A stretch of 11,890 nt of DNA from the IMG/VR virus record IMGVR_UViG_3300019757_000006; one strand, given 5' to 3'. Below the pieces are notes generated by a model. It saw only the letters and a program-made list of their open reading frames with translations. It was not told the DNA's origin and did no database searches. The DNA comes from a virus (taxonomy: Duplodnaviria; Heunggongvirae; Uroviricota; Caudoviricetes). Position 1 is the first letter of the stretch; each line of letters begins with the position of its first letter. A program made the translations under genes and the position numbers. Below are positions 6,180 to 11,890 of this stretch, one piece after another.

Positions 6180-7376
6180 ATGGATTTAAAACAGCAATAC
6201 ATAAGAATATTAAAATTACCAGAAGTAGATAGATTTCTAAAATTACAATCAATTTCTAATAATGATCAAAAAGTTTTTACTCAATTAGTAACAGAAAAGT
6301 TATCCGAAGTTTATCAACCAGAAGCTTATAGTATCCCTAGACTTCATAATTTAAGAAACACTGATTTACCGCATTGTAATAATTATTTATTAAATTATAG
6401 TTCGGGCGAAACTGTAAATGGTTGTTTATTTAAATATACTGAATATATGAAAGAACAAGATCCAGAATTTAAAGAAATTATTAATTTATTTAAAGGATTT
6501 TTCCAATCTTTTTATGGTAGAGAATTTCTAAAAGCTGAAATGTTCTTAATTAAAATTAGAGAAAAATATAAAACAGTAGAATGTAATAAGGCTATTATGG
6601 CTTTTATGAATGGTAATAAAAGCCCATTAGTTACATTCTTATCTAAAAAACTTCCAAGACATAAAGATTTATTCATAGAATCTAATAGAGGTTATATATT
6701 AAGTTTTAACAATATTATTCCTAAGCCAGATAATTCAGTCGATTTAGGATATCAATTTAATCGATTACCACATAAAGAAGTTATGGAATATTGGAGTTTT
6801 CTTCAGGCTTTAGTAGACCCGGTAGAGTTTCCAGAAACTCTTGGATTAATTAAAATCTTTTTTTTAAATGTACTTAAAAAATTAAATGCTGGTTATGGTA
6901 GAACAGTTATTGGTACTACAGAAGTTAGCGAATCGGCTGCTTTAATTAAAGAGGTATTTGAGTTCGTTCAAGAAAGTTTTGTAGAATTAGTAGAAGGTAA
7001 GGATCAAAGAAAAATTAAAAGATTTTCAAAAAATTTAAATTTAACATCTGCTGATAATAAACTTATTTTTAGTATATTAAAACAATTATTCGATAGTCGA
7101 AGTCCTGTTGCTGATGAGGTAGCTTATGTAGTAAGTACATGGATGAGATTATATAGTAAAGATTTAACTCCAGATAAATTATGTCTATATTTAATAGGTC
7201 AAGGATCTTCGAATAATGCTTCGATCGCAAAAAAGCAGATTGAGGCTTTTTTCCGATTTAGAAACCATTTTGGTTTTATATTAAAAGATTTTGAAACAGA
7301 TATTAGTGCAACCCATAGTATTGATCCGGAATTTGAAAAATTAGTGGCTCAGCATGAAGAGTTAATGAATCGATAG
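6180..7376 (+). CDS. Hypothetical protein (398 aa); weak sigma-factor-like motifs in the C-terminal half
   Basis: Start revised from the TTG at 6123, which lies inside the terminator loop and has no SD, to the ATG at 6180 preceded by CAAGGA. The function is not established. Confidence 0.8.
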   Translation: MDLKQQYIRILKLPEVDRFLKLQSISNNDQKVFTQLVTEKLSEVYQPEAYSIPRLHNLRNTDLPHCNNYLLNYSSGETVNGCLFKYTEYMKEQDPEFKEIINLFKGFFQSFYGREFLKAEMFLIKIREKYKTVECNKAIMAFMNGNKSPLVTFLSKKLPRHKDLFIESNRGYILSFNNIIPKPDNSVDLGYQFNRLPHKEVMEYWSFLQALVDPVEFPETLGLIKIFFLNVLKKLNAGYGRTVIGTTEVSESAALIKEVFEFVQESFVELVEGKDQRKIKRFSKNLNLTSADNKLIFSILKQLFDSRSPVADEVAYVVSTWMRLYSKDLTPDKLCLYLIGQGSSNNASIAKKQIEAFFRFRNHFGFILKDFETDISATHSIDPEFEKLVAQHEELMNR

Positions 7377-7420
7377 CTTAGCTTAAGATAGCTATAGCTT
7401 AGTATAGTGCTCCAGCTATC
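7372..7420. repeat. AGCT-rich short direct/inverted repeat cluster
   Basis: AGCT at 7375, 7380, 7390, 7396 and 7414. Direct repeats GATAGCT (7372, 7387) and ATAGCTTAG (7373, 7394). Perfect palindrome AGCTATAGCT at 7390-7399. AGCTATC (7414-7420) is the reverse complement of GATAGCT. Confidence 0.7.
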
Positions 7421-7450
7421 ACGTTTTTAAACCGAGTCAAAAAGGTAAAA

Positions 7451-7651
7451 ATGAAAAAATATAATAAAAAAAATCTATGGAAGAATAATAAGATTTCTTA
7501 TAAAGAGTGTAATACATATATATTAGAAGACGATGGAATATTTATGACTTCTAGAATAGTTAGAAAAAATATGAAATATTATGTACCTGGATGCGAAGAA
7601 CATATATTCTCGTTAAAATTTTTAAAAAGAAAAAGATATAAAAATACATAA
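7451..7651 (+). CDS. Small basic hypothetical protein (66 aa)
   Basis: SD-like AAAGGT upstream of the ATG. Lys/Arg-rich. Fills the gap between two genes. Confidence 0.6.
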   Translation: MKKYNKKNLWKNNKISYKECNTYILEDDGIFMTSRIVRKNMKYYVPGCEEHIFSLKFLKRKRYKNT

Positions 7652-7710
7652 GAAAGATAGTTCTTATAGAAATATAAAGTATTAGAAATTAACCGAAGGA
7701 AGGAGTTAAA

Positions 7711-8925
7711 TTGAAATATATACCAGTAACTGGATTAGGTCCAGTTAAAGAGGTTAAGCATAATATCTTAACTAAGTTCGATGCTGCTTTAATTAGTATT
7801 GCAGAACCAACTACAAGTAAATCCTGGAGCGTTCACCAAATTTATAAACAAGTAGATAAAATTTTTAAAAATTTTAATACTGGAGAAGAACTCTATCTTG
7901 ATTCTGGGGGATTCCAAGTACTTACCGGACATATCTCAGCTAACAGAATGCGTGAATTTACAGATGTTTATCATTTCATTCTAAAACAATTTAGTGATAA
8001 TATATCTAAAAAAGCTAAAATATTTTCTTTGGATATTTTAAATAAAGATTTTACAGAAGAGCAAATTCATAAATTTAATGATTATAGTATTAATTGCAGT
8101 ATTAAATTATTAGAAGAAAAACCAGAATTAAAAGATTCCCAATTATTTGTAATTCAAAGCAGATTCCCAAGAACATTGGAAATTTGGAAAGAATTAATTG
8201 ATAAGCATGATGTATTTAATCATTATACTAGATATTCTTTTGGAGGTCTTGTTGGATTAAAGAAAGAAAGTAATGCTAAGTTTAATCATTTTGTACCTAT
8301 GACTTATTGGACATTTGCTAATGCAAAAAGAAAAGGTCTTGAAAAAAATATTAAGCAAATTCATATGCTAGGGCAAAGTTCTAGATTAGCTATTATTACT
8401 GCTACTATTATGGAAGCTGTTCTGGATTTCGAAATTACTATGGATAGTTCTGAAATTTTAAGATTTTCTCCTATAGAAGCTAAGCTACCATTAATTCATT
8501 TAGATGAAGATAATGAGTACAGAATGGCTAAAACCAAAGATGATTTAGCTCAAATGCTTACTAATTCACATAAGGATAAAATAGAAGGGTATTGTATAGA
8601 TACTCAACTTAAAATCCTTAAAGAAACTGGAAAAGTTTCTAATCCAGACTTTGTAGAAGTAGTTTGTCAAGGAATTGATAGTACTGTTAAATTTAGTAAG
8701 TGGTTTTTAGAACAGAATCTAGATATGATTAAAGATAGAACTATTTTTAATTATACAGAGGATGAATTAAAAGAATTTCATCCAGTATTTAAACAAGGCC
8801 GATTAGCTAAAGAATTAGTAAATAATTTAAGACATATGAAAACTTGTCAGACTTTTCTCGATGAAAATGATTTTGAAAAAATGGATGAATATGTAATGAG
8901 TGTAATTAAAAGTTACTACGAATAA
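7711..8925 (+). CDS. TGT-fold guanine transglycosylase, DpdA-like (probable DNA 7-deazaguanine insertase)
   Basis: TGT motifs occur in order: YLDSGGFQ (7894-7917), SLD, FVIQ, SFGGLVG (GG at 8242), IHMLG (8362) and MDSS (second catalytic Asp at 8443-8445). The CxCxxC...H Zn site of tRNA TGTs is absent. QueD is nearby. The TTG start is supported by a strong SD (AAGGAAGGAG). Confidence 0.75.
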   Translation: MKYIPVTGLGPVKEVKHNILTKFDAALISIAEPTTSKSWSVHQIYKQVDKIFKNFNTGEELYLDSGGFQVLTGHISANRMREFTDVYHFILKQFSDNISKKAKIFSLDILNKDFTEEQIHKFNDYSINCSIKLLEEKPELKDSQLFVIQSRFPRTLEIWKELIDKHDVFNHYTRYSFGGLVGLKKESNAKFNHFVPMTYWTFANAKRKGLEKNIKQIHMLGQSSRLAIITATIMEAVLDFEITMDSSEILRFSPIEAKLPLIHLDEDNEYRMAKTKDDLAQMLTNSHKDKIEGYCIDTQLKILKETGKVSNPDFVEVVCQGIDSTVKFSKWFLEQNLDMIKDRTIFNYTEDELKEFHPVFKQGRLAKELVNNLRHMKTCQTFLDENDFEKMDEYVMSVIKSYYE

Positions 8926-8939
8926 TAAAAGGAAATAAA

Positions 8940-9182
8940 ATGAGTAAAAGAATTGAAATTACAAAAGAAATACATAGTATGTATCAAAGTAAAGATGTCT
9001 CAGGATTACATGAGTTATTACTTAAAGAATTATTAACAGTAAAAGAATTAAGAAAATCGTTTCATGAAAGCCAATGGTGTATTAATACTATTACTTTAGA
9101 TAAATTATTATTAAAAGTAGCGGATGCTACTATTACTGGGTTAGCTAAGTGTTTAGCTAAAGAAATGCATAAAAATAAATAA
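8940..9182 (+). CDS. Hypothetical protein (80 aa)
   Basis: SD AAAGGA and co-oriented tight packing. No motif. Confidence 0.7.
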   Translation: MSKRIEITKEIHSMYQSKDVSGLHELLLKELLTVKELRKSFHESQWCINTITLDKLLLKVADATITGLAKCLAKEMHKNK

Positions 9183-9191
9183 AGGTAAATT

Positions 9192-9401
9192 ATGGATGAT
9201 TTTGAAAGAACCTTATTTCCAGAAGCTGATTTAGAAAATTACGTTAAAGAAATAATATACAAAGACCACGATAATGCTACTAAAGAGATTATTCTTAAAG
9301 GTATTTTAAATGGATTAGATTCAAAAGCTTACTTTATGAATCAAATAAGAGATGAGAAAATAGCCGAGCTAGAAGAAAAGATTGAAAGAGGAATTAAATA
9401 A
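9192..9401 (+). CDS. Hypothetical protein (69 aa), charged helical C-terminus
   Basis: SD-like AAAGGT and tight packing. Confidence 0.7.
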   Translation: MDDFERTLFPEADLENYVKEIIYKDHDNATKEIILKGILNGLDSKAYFMNQIRDEKIAELEEKIERGIK

Positions 9402-9608
9402 ATGTCAATTTCATTAACATTATCAATAGATGATTTATTATATCGAGAAGAAAAACTTCTAAAGAAAGCTGCTAAGTTATCTTTAGAAGGGGAAGAATTA
9501 GATAGAGTTGGTGGGGACTTTACTGATTTTAATAGAGAAATGGCTGTACTCGAAGGTAGATTATTAGAAATAAAAAAATTAAAAAAATTAATAGAAAAAA
9601 GGTTATAA
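9402..9608 (+). CDS. Hypothetical protein (68 aa), probable helical hairpin/coiled coil
   Basis: Abuts the previous stop (TAAATG). SD GAGGA. Leu/Glu/Lys-rich with heptad-like spacing. Confidence 0.7.
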   Translation: MSISLTLSIDDLLYREEKLLKKAAKLSLEGEELDRVGGDFTDFNREMAVLEGRLLEIKKLKKLIEKRL

Positions 9609-9609
9609 A

Positions 9610-10212
9610 ATGAGAATAAGAAAACAATTTAAATTCTGTTCAGGACATATAGTTCGAAATTGTAGTTCAGAGAGATGCCGAAAAAGCATGCACGGACATA
9701 ATTATATTATAGAAGTTTTTTTCGAGGCTGATAAATTGGATAACGGTCATATGATTATGGATTTTGGATTATCTAAAGGAACTATAAAAGATTTTATAGA
9801 TGGTTTTGACCATTGTTGGCAAATGTGGGATAAAGAACCAGAAGAATTTAAACATTTCATTACAGAAAATTCTGATAGATGGATTCAAATGCCTGTTTCT
9901 CCAAGTGCGGAACAATATGCTATATTATTTTTATTTGTGGTAGATAAAATTATTAAAGCTACCGAATTTAATAATGGTGAGTCAAATGTAAGGGTTTCTT
10001 CTGTTAAAGTACATGAAACCGATACTGGATATGCAGAAGCCTTTCCAGAAGATTTAGATTTAATTGATTACTCATTAGAAGATATAGTTTTATCAGAACA
10101 AGTTCAAGCCGAATTTGGAGATCCAAAATTATACGAAAAACTAAAAGAAGCTATTAAATCTAATACAAAATGTTTCATTAATAATACTATAGAGCAGCAA
10201 ATAAAAGAATAA
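9610..10212 (+). CDS. queD: 6-carboxy-5,6,7,8-tetrahydropterin synthase (QueD, long form)
   Basis: F-x-F-x-x-x-H (FKFCSGH), C-x4-HGH (RCRKSMHGHNY), MDFG, FDH, PSAE and VHET motifs. From memory, the layout resembles the long QueD of Campylobacter-type bacteria. Confidence 0.92.
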   Translation: MRIRKQFKFCSGHIVRNCSSERCRKSMHGHNYIIEVFFEADKLDNGHMIMDFGLSKGTIKDFIDGFDHCWQMWDKEPEEFKHFITENSDRWIQMPVSPSAEQYAILFLFVVDKIIKATEFNNGESNVRVSSVKVHETDTGYAEAFPEDLDLIDYSLEDIVLSEQVQAEFGDPKLYEKLKEAIKSNTKCFINNTIEQQIKE

Positions 10213-10241
10213 AAATAAAATATGAATAAACAAGGATACTA

Positions 10242-10766
10242 ATGATTGTAACAGAAAAATTTAATCTAATAGAAGATTTTTATTATAAAAAACCACATAC
10301 TTATTTTAAATATAGACATTCTGTTAATATGATAAAAGCTCATAATGCTCATATATTAAAAGAAAATGATAAAGATATATTTAATTTTTTAAAAAATTTA
10401 AATATAGCTAATCGACCAGTATTATTAAACTCTTTTTATTATAGAGATAAAAAAGAATCAATAATCTATGTATATATGAATGATAATGTGCAATTTCAAA
10501 TTCATAAATATATTACTGGTCGTGGAGAGTTAATGTATAGTTTTAAGGAAGTAAATTTTATAAATAATATGGGTCCAAGAAGAATTACCCACCATAGTAA
10601 TATATATTCTTCTTTGGAGTTAGATGCTATATATAATATTATGAAGAGACTTATTCATAATATGATTAGAAAAAATCAAATAACTAGTATAGAAATAATA
10701 GATAAAACTAAATTCAATTTCGCTAAGGAAACTCGAAGGTTTTCAAAAATATTAGGTAAAGCCTAA
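10242..10766 (+). CDS. Hypothetical basic protein (174 aa)
   Basis: SD CAAGGA, co-oriented. No family recognised. Confidence 0.7.
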   Translation: MIVTEKFNLIEDFYYKKPHTYFKYRHSVNMIKAHNAHILKENDKDIFNFLKNLNIANRPVLLNSFYYRDKKESIIYVYMNDNVQFQIHKYITGRGELMYSFKEVNFINNMGPRRITHHSNIYSSLELDAIYNIMKRLIHNMIRKNQITSIEIIDKTKFNFAKETRRFSKILGKA

Positions 10767-10789
10767 AAAGCCATTAAAGGAAAAATACA

Positions 10790-11278
10790 ATGATAAATAA
10801 ACAAGATGAACTATATATTAAATTCAAAAGACAATTCAATAATACTAACTTTAGTAGCCAAGTATATAATGATGAATTAAGAAATAGTGCTAGACAAGAA
10901 CATATACCAGTAATTAAATATATATCGGAAAAATTAAAATTAGATAGAAATGAATTCTTTAGTTATTATACTTCGGAGCATAGAGATACTGATGGTAAAG
11001 GGGATGTTTTTGGATATATTATTAAAGCTCATGATGGTGCTTATATAGAAATAATTCTAGAAGTTGATAGAAATGATGAATGTACTATTAAAGTTCGTAA
11101 TGAAGAAGAAATAGTTAAAACTATTCCAATGGATTTAACTGTATCGGTAAATGATGCTGGAGCCTTAAAAATATTTGAAGGTCTTTCTAATTATATTTTA
11201 ACTGGGGATTTTGATAGCGCATCTTCAGCTTTACAAATCGGTGGTGCAAAAAGAAGGTTTGGTAAAAATAGAACCTAA
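10790..11278 (+). CDS. Hypothetical protein (162 aa)
   Basis: SD AAAGGA, co-oriented. No family recognised. Confidence 0.75.
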   Translation: MINKQDELYIKFKRQFNNTNFSSQVYNDELRNSARQEHIPVIKYISEKLKLDRNEFFSYYTSEHRDTDGKGDVFGYIIKAHDGAYIEIILEVDRNDECTIKVRNEEEIVKTIPMDLTVSVNDAGALKIFEGLSNYILTGDFDSASSALQIGGAKRRFGKNRT

Positions 11279-11287
11279 AGGAAAATT

Positions 11288-11890
11288 ATGACTCAAAAAG
11301 ATATAGCTAAGTTAAAAAGAGATAAAAAGAAATTATTTCCTAAAGCTAAAAAGGTAAGTATATATAATGAAATAGATAATTATTTATTTAATGATACTCC
11401 TATTAGCTCAGAAGGCTTATCAGCAAAAACTCCATTAAGAACAGCATGTACTTATTTATATGAGAGTTTTATGTTTCATCCAAAAATATGTATTCATTTA
11501 GATAAACATCTAAATCAGAAAAAAGAAAATTTATTAACTTTTGAACCCTTAGAAATTTTAGAGTTATATAAAAATATAATTCAAAATTGTAAGATTAGTA
11601 AATATCAATTATATCGTGGGTTTCCTGATAGGAAATTTAGCCAAGATATTTCTAAGATTTCTAAAAAATTAGAAATTAGTATTAAAGAAGCAAAAGCTTT
11701 CTATATAAATAGAAGTAGACTTAATCCAACTGAATTAGAATCTGTTCTAGCTAAGGATGATAAAGCTACTAATATAAATACTAGTACAAAACAAGATATT
11801 TTAAATGCTAAAGAGAATTATGCTAATCAGGGTCAATTTAAAATTCCTGATTTAATTCCAGAAGTAATTAAAAATGAATTAGAAGAAATT
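11288..11890 (+). CDS. 5' part of a hypothetical protein truncated by the window edge (MTQKDIAKLKRDKKKLFPKAKK...)
   Basis: Not in the ORF track. ATG at 11288 is preceded by AAAGGA, and the frame stays open for 201 codons to the end of the window. Confidence 0.8.
   Translation, partial: MTQKDIAKLKRDKKKLFPKAKKVSIYNEIDNYLFNDTPISSEGLSAKTPLRTACTYLYESFMFHPKICIHLDKHLNQKKENLLTFEPLEILELYKNIIQNCKISKYQLYRGFPDRKFSQDISKISKKLEISIKEAKAFYINRSRLNPTELESVLAKDDKATNINTSTKQDILNAKENYANQGQFKIPDLIPEVIKNELEEI

Noticed and set aside
6008-6202. 64-aa - strand ORF from the track
   Set aside because: It is antisense to two + strand genes and runs through a terminator. Its hydrophobic F/I/L content is the expected mirror of A-rich sense DNA, and every other gene is on +.
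7400-7450. preQ1 riboswitch upstream of the deazaguanine genes
   Set aside because: No short P1 stem with the characteristic loop and A-rich 3' tail could be matched by eye. It is kept only as an unexplained repeat element pending an Rfam scan.
7648-7667. ATAAGAA/TTCTTAT hairpin after the 66-aa ORF
   Set aside because: It is a 7-bp almost all-AT stem with no T-tail, too weak to call a terminator.
11704-11780. Two TATAAATA matches (T4-type late promoter) at 11704 and 11773
   Set aside because: Both are inside a coding frame, and such matches are expected by chance in DNA this AT-rich.
1-11890. tRNA, rRNA, CRISPR array, intron or transposase
   Set aside because: The intergenic gaps are all under about 80 nt, with no cloverleaf, repeat-spacer periodicity, or transposase/homing-nuclease motifs.

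Overview
Very AT-rich, gene-dense window with all credible genes on the + strand, short spacers, AAGGA-type ribosome-binding sites and many orphan ORFs. This reads as a segment of a large lytic bacteriophage genome; the QueD sequence type and SD style suggest, by inference only, a Campylobacterota-like host. Two modules stand out. (1) At 1-5384 is a translationally coupled cluster: a truncated ORF ending ...LGA, a divergent ThiF/E1-like protein, a protein with a putative E2/UBC-like Cys motif, a MoxR-type AAA+ ATPase, a small orphan, and a vWA protein with a degenerate metallopeptidase-like N-terminus. It is a candidate phage ubiquitin-like conjugation/remodelling system, and several of its catalytic motifs are non-canonical. 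(2) At 7711-10212 is a TGT-fold (DpdA-like) guanine transglycosylase and QueD, pointing to 7-deazaguanine modification, probably of DNA. Two intrinsic terminators share the same GGAAGC/GCTTCC stem, and an AGCT-repeat element lies at 7372-7420. No tRNA, rRNA, CRISPR array or mobile element was recognised. All family assignments come from motif reading by eye, not from database searches.
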